This document shows positions 38,004-47,400 of a stretch of DNA of 64,000 nt, one piece after another (the stretch's first letter is position 1; the number at the start of each line of letters is the position of its first letter). The stretch is from a virus (Duplodnaviria; Caudoviricetes): the IMG/VR virus record IMGVR_UViG_3300032038_000072, positions 2,384-66,383 of that record; one strand, 5' to 3'. A program made the translations under genes and the position numbers. A model generated the notes under the pieces. It searched no databases. It saw nothing but the letters and a program-made list of their open reading frames with translations, and was not told the DNA's origin.

Positions 38004-38173
38004 GGGTATTCGAACCAAACGCTATGGCCGATTATCCCTATCGCGATGGCGTCAAACATCACCGCAACAACCAACGTCAGGACCGCTACTGACAGAATAA
38101 GCTGCACCCAAAAGTTGCTAAAAAAGCGGTTCAGGTAGGATGATATCCTGCCTTTTTTTGTCTGCTTTTGCAT
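37997..38173 (-). CDS. 58-aa membrane protein
   Basis: AAAGGAG SD before ATG38173; one long hydrophobic helix. Confidence 0.55.
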   Translation of the reverse strand: MQKQTKKGRISSYLNRFFSNFWVQLILSVAVLTLVVAVMFDAIAIGIIGHSVWFEYPK

Positions 38174-38372
38174 ACGCTTCCAGCTCCTTTTCCGTGATTC
38201 CCATGTAGTCGCAGAACTCCCTGGTGTTAATGAAGTAGTCGTACCGGCTACCGTTCTCATCCAACTTAACGGCAAATCCGAATTTCACCAGATTCCGCTG
38301 CAGTGCTATCCTAACAAACTGTTGGCCTTTATTCATTACCTTGGCCGCCAACGCTACGCTTACTTTAATCAT
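38118..38372 (-). CDS. Small HTH DNA-binding protein (excisionase-like candidate)
   Basis: VSVALAAKVMNKGQQFVRIALQR...YDYFI pattern. Confidence 0.55.
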   Translation of the reverse strand: MIKVSVALAAKVMNKGQQFVRIALQRNLVKFGFAVKLDENGSRYDYFINTREFCDYMGITEKELEAYAKADKKRQDIILPEPLF

Positions 38373-38670
38373 TCTCTTTCCTCTCCATCTGGTAGACCAT
38401 CAGGTCTTTAACGACGTCCCTTATCTCATTACTTACTTCACGATTGCTTGGGTACCCGCCGAGCAGCTCGTTGAAGTCTACTTTCAACGCTTTTGCCAGG
38501 CGCCGCAGGATTGGGACCGTCGGGGAGAACACCCCGAGTTCATAATTCCTATACGATGACTTTGATATTTCCGCGTCCGCCGCCAGATCAAGCTGCCTTA
38601 AATTTCTCTCCTTTCGCAGCCGGATCAGGTTTTTGCAGAACAGCTCATCGTAGTTTTTGTTGTCTTCCAT
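38365..38670 (-). CDS. XRE-family HTH protein
   Basis: NLIRLRKERNLRQLDLA...YRNYELG. Confidence 0.9.
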   Translation of the reverse strand: MEDNKNYDELFCKNLIRLRKERNLRQLDLAADAEISKSSYRNYELGVFSPTVPILRRLAKALKVDFNELLGGYPSNREVSNEIRDVVKDLMVYQMERKEND

Positions 38671-38677
38671 TTCATTT

Positions 38678-38830
38678 CTACCTCACCACGATGTCTATTA
38701 TTCCCACCAGGTACGGGATTGCTACGAAACAAAGTCCTGCGATAAACCCCGCCAGGTAGTTGTTGTTATCCACATGCCACAGCATCCAGCCGCCGACATG
38801 GTCGATGATGTCAATCGTTCTGTTTAACAT
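38678..38830 (-). CDS. 50-aa membrane peptide
   Basis: GAAAGGA SD; YLAGFIAGLCFVAIPYLVGIIDIVV. Confidence 0.55.
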   Translation of the reverse strand: MLNRTIDIIDHVGGWMLWHVDNNNYLAGFIAGLCFVAIPYLVGIIDIVVR

Positions 38831-39040
38831 TTCTATTCCTTTCTTCCGCAACAGGCTTTAAGCACTGCCGCCAAGGGTTACCGGAGTTACGAGAGGTAGA
38901 TGTTTGGGACCATCATTTTTGTGTGCCATAAGGAGGCTCCGGCTTGCTTGCGTTAAGCTTTTGGGTAGTATCAGGAAGGAGAATCCGTGTACAAACGCAA
39001 GACCACTTGATTGCGACAGTGTTTGAAACCTGTCGCGGAA

Positions 39041-39332
39041 TGTGAATATCATTCACAATTCTGCCCAAAAAAAATCATATCGCGTTGTTCATTTGTCATC
39101 CCCAAAGCAGATGCAAGGGTGACAATTTCACTTGCCTTAAACTCGCTGACGCTTTTCATCTTATTGGAAAACGCCATTTCGCTGATGCCGAGTCGCTCTG
39201 CAAGTGATTTTTTGGTCACCCCTGCCCTCTTGATCTGAAGTTCCAGTTCCAACTTGTTTGTCATTTTATCACCCCATTCCTTGATGAATTTTATTCACAA
39301 AGATAATATAGCACGTTTGTGAATATTAGTCA
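39041..39332. promoter_or_regulatory. Repressor operator candidates TGAAT-N3-ATTCA
   Basis: Copies at 39285-39297, 39318-39332 (one mismatch) in the cro/cI spacer and 39041-39057 at the cro 3' end. Confidence 0.6.
39049..39264 (-). CDS. cro: Cro-like repressor
   Basis: 71-aa HTH divergent from cI. Confidence 0.8.
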   Translation of the reverse strand: MTNKLELELQIKRAGVTKKSLAERLGISEMAFSNKMKSVSEFKASEIVTLASALGMTNEQRDMIFFGQNCE

Positions 39333-39420
39333 AGTATTTTTTTGTTAGATAAAAAAATGTTGATTTTAAGCAACATAAATGGTATTATAGAAGCACACTC
39401 TACGAAAGGAGCAAGCAGAC

Positions 39421-39795
39421 ATGAAGCTATATGAGAACATCAGAGCGCGGCGCATCGAGCTGCACATGACGCAGCAAGAATTAGCTATGAAGCTCGGCTA
39501 TAAGTCCACATCAACAATAGCAAAAATCGAAGCGGGAAGAAGCGATATTCCACAATCTAAAATTGTAGCATTTGCAAACGCATTAGACACAACGGCCGGA
39601 AAACTGATGGGTTGGACGGCAAAAGAAAAGGGAACCGCAGACGTTCCTGACACAGCCATTCTTGATGTACAGGAAGCAGCTCTGCTTGCAGAGTTTCACA
39701 AACTAAACGAAGACGGGAAGCTTAAGGTGTTTGAATACATCGGCGACCTGGCCGAAATGGAGAAATATACAAGGAAAAAAGATACATCCGCATAA
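39421..39795 (+). CDS. cI: CI-like XRE repressor
   Basis: MTQQELAMKLGYKSTSTIAKIEAG HTH; upstream of integrase. Confidence 0.85.
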   Translation: MKLYENIRARRIELHMTQQELAMKLGYKSTSTIAKIEAGRSDIPQSKIVAFANALDTTAGKLMGWTAKEKGTADVPDTAILDVQEAALLAEFHKLNEDGKLKVFEYIGDLAEMEKYTRKKDTSA

Positions 39796-39796
39796 T

Positions 39797-39948
39797 AAAA
39801 TAAAAAGACCACACGTAGCGCCAGAAAACGTGTGGTCTAATGCGATGCGGAATCCTGAGCCGTAAGCCGTCCACTAACCGTCTACAGGTTCCACGATGCG
39901 CTGTCCAAGCACGCGCTCGGCCCATGTCGGGTGTCGTCGCACATGCTT
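39797..39948 (-). ncRNA. Candidate about 150-nt RNA antisense to the cI-int intergenic leader
   Basis: Minus-strand TTGACT-17-TACAAT (39983-39955) and 11-bp terminator stem 39806-39838 with U tail. Confidence 0.55.
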
Positions 39949-40019
39949 TGTTATATTGTACCAAGCGAAAAAAGATAAGTCAAACTACAGAGTACCAAGA
40001 TTCTGCGAAAGGAGCAACT

Positions 40020-41039
40020 ATGAGATTTCCAAACGGATTCGGCGGGGTTAGCAAACTGTCCGGCAACCGCAGAAACCCTTATATCGTCCGCATTACAACC
40101 GGGTGGACGGATGACGCAAAGCAGATTATAAAGATACTGGGATACTACCCAACAAGGGCTGAGGCTATCAAAGCTTTGTCGGCTTACAACGCCAATCCAT
40201 ACGACTTGAATGACTCCGGGACCACGATGAAAGAGCTGTACGATATGTGGGAAGAGTGGATCAACACGGATAAAGGGCGGGACCTGACAAACAACTACAA
40301 GTCTGCGTTAAAACATTCAGAGCCATTATATAATATGAAGTTTGTTGAGATTCGCAAACGGCATATCCAAAGTTTGATAGACAACTGTCCCAAAGGATAC
40401 AGCACTAAAAAGAACATTAAAATACTTTTTAACCAGTTGTTTAAATTTGCCATAGATAGGGAGCTGGTACAGACCAACTATGCCACCTTATGTGAGCTAC
40501 CAGCGCGGGAATACAGCCGGCTGCATAAACCCTTCACGGACGAGGAGATCGCCTCTCTATGGGCAAATCCGAGTGATCCAGGGGCGTGTTATGCTTTAGT
40601 CTATATTTATACAGGCCTTCGCCCGGCAGAGCTGCTGCAGATAAAAACAGCGGACGTATTCCTGGATAAACATTATATGATGGGCGGCATGAAAACCGCA
40701 GCCGGAAAGAACCGGGTCATTCCCATAGCGAATAAGATCGAGCCAATTATAAAAGGCTGGTACAACGCCGACAACGAATACCTCTGCATCAGCCACAAGG
40801 ATGGGAAGCCCGTCCTCAATTACGACCGGCTCCGATCCCACTACTGGGAACGCAGTAAGCTGTTGGCAGACCACCTTCCACATGACGGAAGACACACCTG
40901 TGCCACGCTATTGGACAACGCAGGTGTAGCCAAGAGAACTGTCCAATTAATCCTTGGGCATTCCGCAAAAGATATTACGGAAAGAGTCTACACCCACAAG
41001 ACAATCGAGCAACTGATAGAAGCCATAAACAAAATATAA
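40020..41039 (+). CDS. int: Tyrosine integrase
   Basis: MRFPNGFGGV N-terminus; TGLRP, HDGRH, LGH and VYTH catalytic motifs; SD at 40005-40018. Confidence 0.95.
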   Translation: MRFPNGFGGVSKLSGNRRNPYIVRITTGWTDDAKQIIKILGYYPTRAEAIKALSAYNANPYDLNDSGTTMKELYDMWEEWINTDKGRDLTNNYKSALKHSEPLYNMKFVEIRKRHIQSLIDNCPKGYSTKKNIKILFNQLFKFAIDRELVQTNYATLCELPAREYSRLHKPFTDEEIASLWANPSDPGACYALVYIYTGLRPAELLQIKTADVFLDKHYMMGGMKTAAGKNRVIPIANKIEPIIKGWYNADNEYLCISHKDGKPVLNYDRLRSHYWERSKLLADHLPHDGRHTCATLLDNAGVAKRTVQLILGHSAKDITERVYTHKTIEQLIEAINKI

Positions 41040-41043
41040 TCGT

Positions 41044-41271
41044 GTTACTTGTCCGTTACTTGCGTGTTACTTACGGTTAAATTTTTAGTCAGTTTTACGA
41101 GGTTTAGGCAACAAAAAAAGAACCCCAGTATCCATGCGGATACCGGGGCTTTTTATTGGTTTTACGCTGTGTTCTGTTGTATACCCAATAGGTCGAAAGT
41201 TTAACGCTTGCATAATTGGAAACCGCTTAAAATGCGGGTTTTGATGCCGTAGTGTTACTTGCACGTTGCTT
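41044..41271. other. attP region with integrase arm-type repeats
   Basis: GTTACTT at 41044, 41055, 41066 and 41254, GTTGCTT at 41265 (11-bp period); non-coding between int and lysis genes. Confidence 0.7.
41115..41155. terminator. Bidirectional terminator after int
   Basis: CCCCAGTATCC/GGATACCGGGG stem with A and T runs. Confidence 0.7.
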
Positions 41272-41302
41272 CCGACCTACCTTTAATATGATTGTACCAC
41301 AA

Positions 41303-41755
41303 CTATTTCGATGCTGCAATACCAATCGCAAGTCCACCCAGGAAACACCAAATACGATTTTGCCAGACCTGCCGTTTGTGAACTCTTCTTTCCTTATCTA
41401 TTTGAGTTTTCAATTTCTCTGATAATTCCTTCAATTCTGACACTTCTTTCGATAGCAGAGTCAAGTCGCTTTTCTGCTCGTCCAGCGTCTTCGATAATTT
41501 GATAAGTGAGTCCTGTGCTTGTGCTAATTCCTCGACCAGCTGACTCGACGGTTTTTTTAGCCTCGTCATTTCTTTTTTGCACTCGGTCAAGTCCTGATTC
41601 AACAGCGTCAATTCGTTTTTCAAGCTGTTCCACTGTGCTATCGGTATTGTTATTGATTGTGTCGTTGCGGTGGGCGTCGCGGTATAACCAGTAACCGGCG
41701 ACAAGCAAAAGAACGATAACAGCAACAATAATACAATACTTTTTGTTTTTTTCAT
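41303..41755 (-). CDS. Spanin-like protein B (signal/TM, coiled coil, C-terminal TM)
   Basis: MKKTKSIVLLLLLSFFC... and IWCFLGGLAIGIAASK; follows endolysin. Confidence 0.6.
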   Translation of the reverse strand: MKKTKSIVLLLLLSFFCLSPVTGYTATPTATTQSITIPIAQWNSLKNELTLLNQDLTECKKEMTRLKKPSSQLVEELAQAQDSLIKLSKTLDEQKSDLTLLSKEVSELKELSEKLKTQIDKERRVHKRQVWQNRIWCFLGGLAIGIAASK

Positions 41756-41759
41756 ACAC
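41394..41759 (-). CDS. Spanin-like protein A (N-terminal TM plus coiled coil), overlapping B
   Basis: GTG41759; KKYCIIVAVIVLLLVAGYWLY then heptad-rich region. Confidence 0.6.
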   Translation of the reverse strand: MYEKNKKYCIIVAVIVLLLVAGYWLYRDAHRNDTINNNTDSTVEQLEKRIDAVESGLDRVQKRNDEAKKTVESAGRGISTSTGLTYQIIEDAGRAEKRLDSAIERSVRIEGIIREIENSNR

Positions 41760-41763
41760 ATCC

Positions 41764-42348
41764 TTAATCTCCCATTGCGTCATGATTCCAAATCCTCTGA
41801 TAATACGCCGCCTTACCGCGGATCAAATCGCCACCGGGTACAAGTTCTCCATTAGAGCCGTACTCATCCGGGATGTACCACAGGTCCCATCTTTCACAAG
41901 TGGTGCTGGGACCATAGTCATCCTTTTCCGCCGCTTCACAATGCGTCATTACATAGTCATCGCTGTCCAACGGCAGGTTAAATTCGTCCGCCAACACAGC
42001 AACAACCTGTGCCAACATTTCAATCTGTGCTGTTGTCGGTGGTTCGTCACCCAACCATGCGTTGTACCCGTTCCGGGCTTCTGCATCACACGCACACAGC
42101 AGACTTACACCCAAAGCGTATCTGTTCCGCATATAAGTATGTGCAAGCGTTTCCTTAAAGTCGTCGCACATGATGTAAATCTCACCGTTTTCATCAATAC
42201 AAATATGGTAGTCGTCATAAGCCTGACCATAATGCCCTGCCGTCCAATGCAGGTACACATGGTCGATATAGTCTCTTGCTTCCGCAGCCATGCCCCTGAC
42301 ATCATCGAGTGAATCAGGGGTCATGTTGCTGGTAGGTATCATTGCCAA
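41764..42348 (-). CDS. Endolysin, N-acetylmuramoyl-L-alanine amidase (Amidase_2)
   Basis: VYLHWTAG, YHICID, AHT..RN and THCE motifs; no cell-wall-binding domain. Confidence 0.9.
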   Translation of the reverse strand: MAMIPTSNMTPDSLDDVRGMAAEARDYIDHVYLHWTAGHYGQAYDDYHICIDENGEIYIMCDDFKETLAHTYMRNRYALGVSLLCACDAEARNGYNAWLGDEPPTTAQIEMLAQVVAVLADEFNLPLDSDDYVMTHCEAAEKDDYGPSTTCERWDLWYIPDEYGSNGELVPGGDLIRGKAAYYQRIWNHDAMGD

Positions 42349-42368
42349 TTTTAGTCACTTCCTTTGAT

Positions 42369-43204
<836 letters not shown>

Positions 43205-43208
<4 letters not shown>

Positions 43209-43537
43209 CTCTCCACTGTTACATCTGCAAGTAGATGATACGCATACGGCCCCACCGTAATGTATCTGCCCTCTGCGGTATCATCGTTAATGTGTATCTC
43301 AATATCGTAAAAATAATCACCAAACGCTAAATTCTGCGTCGTGTCGTGCGATATGTGTATATGATTATTCTCATCAGCATACACCTGATATAGATACGTC
43401 CTATCTTTCACATTCTTTTTAACAGAAAAGACTGCGCTGTAATCATATACAGGTACATCGTCGAATTTAACATTGATATCAAAATCAGCCGTGTCTCCAC
43501 GGGTGTGATAGATGACACCTTTTCTAATGTCAAACAC
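43205..43537 (-). CDS. BppU N-terminal-like fibre anchor protein
   Basis: TRGDT...FSVKK...GDYFYDIEI pattern. Confidence 0.65.
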
Positions 43538-43866
43538 TATTTAGCGCCCCCTTTCTTGTCGTTGTCTGTGGGTTCTTCTTCCCACTTGTCCGGGATGCCA
43601 TCATTGTCGCGGTCAATAAGCAGAATACCCAGCAGGGTAAATGTACCGCAGATGCTGGGAGTGAAATAGGCCGCAACAAAGTCGTTGATTGCTTTGTAAT
43701 TAATGATTCTTTTGATAAAAAACTCATAAACTATACCAAATATGGTTATAAAACCGCAAGCCAAAAAGGCCGCGGCATATACCCATACAAAGAGTTTGGG
43801 CAGCGTTCCACCGCTGCCCTTAACAAATATTTTGATTCTATCAGTTAACTGTTTAATGATTTTCAT
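43537..43866 (-). CDS. Holin-like membrane protein
   Basis: Two TM helices and IDRDNDGIPD tail; ATG43866. Confidence 0.65.
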   Translation of the reverse strand: MKIIKQLTDRIKIFVKGSGGTLPKLFVWVYAAAFLACGFITIFGIVYEFFIKRIINYKAINDFVAAYFTPSICGTFTLLGILLIDRDNDGIPDKWEEEPTDNDKKGGAK

Positions 43867-44167
43867 GCGGCATCTCCTCCAAAATCTCTTTTTCGATTTG
43901 ATCGAGGAAGCCATTGCCGCCAAGCCGTTTGTACGCCCTGTACATCTGCTCGGCGCTTTCTACTTCTCGTTGTGGTATTGGTCTTTCCTTGCGGCTGTAA
44001 TAGTCGTGCATTTGCAAAATCCTGTCCCGCAATAGAGCCTGGATGCCGTACTCGACGGCACCCATTTTCTTGAATATCGTTGACCAGCGGGTCGAAAAGT
44101 AGGTAAGTATCGCCCCCACGAAAAACGCAAGAACGATTGATTCAACCTGCTCAATCATAGGGACCAC
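43853..44167 (-). CDS. Lysis-cassette membrane protein (LLRDR...LGGNG family)
   Basis: N-terminal TM; GIQALLRDR and YKRLGGNG motifs. Confidence 0.7.
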   Translation of the reverse strand: MVPMIEQVESIVLAFFVGAILTYFSTRWSTIFKKMGAVEYGIQALLRDRILQMHDYYSRKERPIPQREVESAEQMYRAYKRLGGNGFLDQIEKEILEEMPHENH

Positions 44168-44177
44168 CTCGTTTTAA

Positions 44178-44405
44178 TTAGCCACCGGTTGATTCACTTC
44201 CACTACCACTTGATGCCGCCGCAGCCGCTGCTTCTGCCACTGCTGCTGCCGCCGCTACACAATAGCCATACAGCACCTGTTCCGCATCGGTCAGCGGTTC
44301 GGGTAATACAGTAATGTCATCGGTAGCACCTTTTGCCAAATAAAGCAGGTAAGCCTCCCTGTGTTTCAGATGTACCTTGTAAAGATCAGTCGTAGTCATT
44401 GCCAT
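44178..44405 (-). CDS. Small protein with REAYL/LPEP.T..EQ motifs
   Basis: AGGTGGAG SD; similar to 63772-63978. Confidence 0.65.
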   Translation of the reverse strand: MAMTTTDLYKVHLKHREAYLLYLAKGATDDITVLPEPLTDAEQVLYGYCVAAAAAVAEAAAAAASSGSGSESTGG

Positions 44406-44443
44406 AATAAAACTCCACCTTTCTTAAATAAAATATTATAGAA

Positions 44444-44473
44444 AAACCCGGTGGCTGAATTACCACCGGGTGT
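44444..44473 (-). terminator. Intrinsic terminator after giant gene
   Basis: ACCCGGTGG/CCACCGGGT stem then TTTT. Confidence 0.85.
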
Positions 44474-44487
44474 TCTATTGAATTAAG

Positions 44488-47400
44488 TTAAACTCCAAAC
44501 TTGCTTCCGTAACGCTGTAGCGTTTTCTTTTCAATCATCTTGATGATTTCTCGCTTCTTGTCAATCATTTGCCGCTTACGGTCCGGGCTGATGTTTTTCG
44601 CGTTCGTGATTTCCTGGATTTCTTTCTGTTGCTTACTTACATCCCGAAGCGCTTTGTTCACAGCTTTGACAGCCGGAGTCGGATGACCCTTCTTGCCATA
44701 ACCAGCGTGTTGCTGCTGGGCCGTGTTAACCATCTCGTAGAACTCTTCCGAGGTTCTGTTCATGTTCATGTCGTTCAGGAAGAAGTCACGAACCATAACC
44801 CGTTCCGTAACAGGTTTGCTTGGCAGGTTGCGTTCGTCTTCAAAATACATGTCCGGAATCTGCGCTACCATCATGCCCAGCGTACCGGTATAACCTCTAA
44901 TGGTGTTATCCAGCTTGACAGGAGACAACCCGGAAATTTTTCCAAGCGCCTTGCTCAGTTCCGTAGTGTTGTTGTTGTACCGCATCTCTGCCGGCAGCCT
45001 CTTCAACCGGTTTCCTTCGATAGCCTTGTCTCGGAACAGAGAATAGTTTGTTATCCATTCCAGGATCGGCAAGCCTACCGTCGGGATCAGGTTCGGAACC
45101 AAAACTTCTCGCATCGCGTTAACCCATTCTTTACCGGCTTTGGGGTCCTTGTCGTAAAGCTTATCCAGCATTGCTTCGATACCGGAGCCAAACGCTATAC
45201 CAGCTTCCTGCGGTTTCGGGATACGGAATTTCCCGATAATCCAGTTGTTCATTTTGATATGCGGATCAAGTTCCTCATACCAAGGTTCGTCTTTGTGCAT
45301 AAACCACAGGGCCACAGACGGGAGCAGGATATAAAGCCCAAGCATACGAGCTGTCTGCATCCGTACCTTCGGGTCTTTGCTGAATATCATGCGGTTAAAC
45401 ATCTTGTCGCCGCCCTGGATGCATGCGTTAAAGAACGGAACCATCATGTTTACGCGCTGTCCGTAGAAGCCGGAGCGGCTGAAGTCTAAGGTTACATCCC
45501 TTGCATCAAGGGCTGCTTCCTGCATCGACTTGCCTTTTGCCCTTGCCCGCATGTACTCACCCATACGAGTGGAAGCTTCAACAACTTCGGACGCTGCAGC
45601 AAACTTTTTGGGAATATACTTGATAAGCTCCTTAATCAGCTCGGTCGGATGCGCTTTCAGGTACTGCCAATCCTTTTCACCCATCAACTCTTCCATGCTC
45701 TTTACAGCGCTTTCGCCACTGCCAAAGTAGTTGTAGGCCGTAATACCCATCGCGTCAAACTCACCGCGCAGTTCCTTGTCATGCAGGTACGCCCACATGC
45801 CGCGGAACGAATCCAGCACCGGCACAAAACCGTTCCGACTGGATACGCCGGCGAAGATTGTGTCGCGGATAAAGTTCCGGATGATAAAGGATGGAGACGT
45901 CGTGGCGCCGTACCGTAATGTCTGTGCTGCACTGCGGCACAAACCTTCTACAATACCCGCTGCAGGCATGTCGTAACCTACGACAGGACCGTACAAGTCC
46001 TGCGTGGTTTGGAAGGCAACCTTTTTTCCGTTAATCAGTACCGTAAAGATACAGTTCTTCGAGTCTGCAGTGCTTCCAGGAACCTGCTTCAGTATTCCTT
46101 CTTTTTGCAGTTCCGGACTGTTGGCTACCGTTTTCACAAAGTGTACGGCAACCTTGTTCCGTTCTGCGCGGTTCGTAAGCGCCTGGATGCTCTTATACGT
46201 GGATTCCAACGGGGAAATCAATCCGCGGTCACTACCAAGCTGTAACACGTGTTTCAGCATACTATCCACGTTTGCAATGCTGTCAGCTCCTCTGCCAAAC
46301 TGGGCGATTGCCGTATCCAGTCCAGCCGTGTCGGAGTAGTCAATCATCAACGGGCAGTATTCTTTGTACATCTGGTTAACTTTGTCATGAACGTCCGCCG
46401 GAATCAGGTGACCCAGTTCCATCATCGTCAGCAGGTTACGCTGCAACTGATAATAGATTTGCGCCGAAGTATCGAACTCTTTCGGTGCTTCTCTTACCAG
46501 CGCTTCGAGGTCGGCCCTGGTAACGTCTTTCGGGAACTTGTATTCCTTTGCAAGGTCTTTTGCCATCTTCTCCGCAAGGGCAGGATCGCTCTTGGCAATC
46601 TTTTGCACCTGATCTCTCCACGACCCTTTGGCAAAGGGCTGCGGTCTGAATTTTTCGTATTCCGGATGTCTGTCGATAAAGTCCGTAAACTCTTTCTTGT
46701 CGTGCGTAATGTACTGTAAGCTCTTGTCCTCTACCAACCGTACCAGTTCCAGGATACGTCTTGCGCCAAGGTAATTGGAGAACGCGTCGTGCCAGTTGTT
46801 GATGCCGTGTTTCTCGAGGTAGTCCGGATACTTCCGGTCCATATCCTTTTTCATTATCGGCTCCAACGCCTCTTTAACGGTGGCAAACTTAAAGTCTTTC
46901 TTCAATTCCTTCAGTCTGTCCATCGCGGCTGTGTCTTTAGGATCGATTCCTCTCCCCAAAGCATCTTTCAGCGACTCAAACGCTTCTTTTGAACCTTGTA
47001 CAAGCGTGTCTGCAGCGCCCTGTGCGTATGCCCTTGCGCCCTGCACCATGTTGTAAATCTTGTCTTCTTCCGCAAGCTTCTTGCCTGTGATTTTTTCAAT
47101 TGTGTCGTCAATGTTGTGGATAGCATCGTTTTTGTCGATCCACTCACGATAGAATTTGTCGAACCTGTCTTTTAACCACTCAGTCCATGTCTGCGCCTTG
47201 TTCTTGTTCTGCGTGTTGCTGAACGCCTTAGACGCGCGGCCGGTCGCTGTGTTCTCGTTTGGCGTACGTACGTTGCGGTTAACGTATGCGTCCGCTTTGT
47301 CAATCACTTTGCCGGCGGCAGATATAATGGAATACTTGGCGTCTGGCATAGAAGAAGCACCCTCGTCTCCTTGGGTGCCTTGTACTTGTTCTTTATTTAC

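Noticed and set aside
39840-40019. 60-codon N-terminal extension of integrase in the ORF track
   Set aside because: SD and the family-typical MRFPNG start are at 40020; the upstream part is a structured non-coding region.
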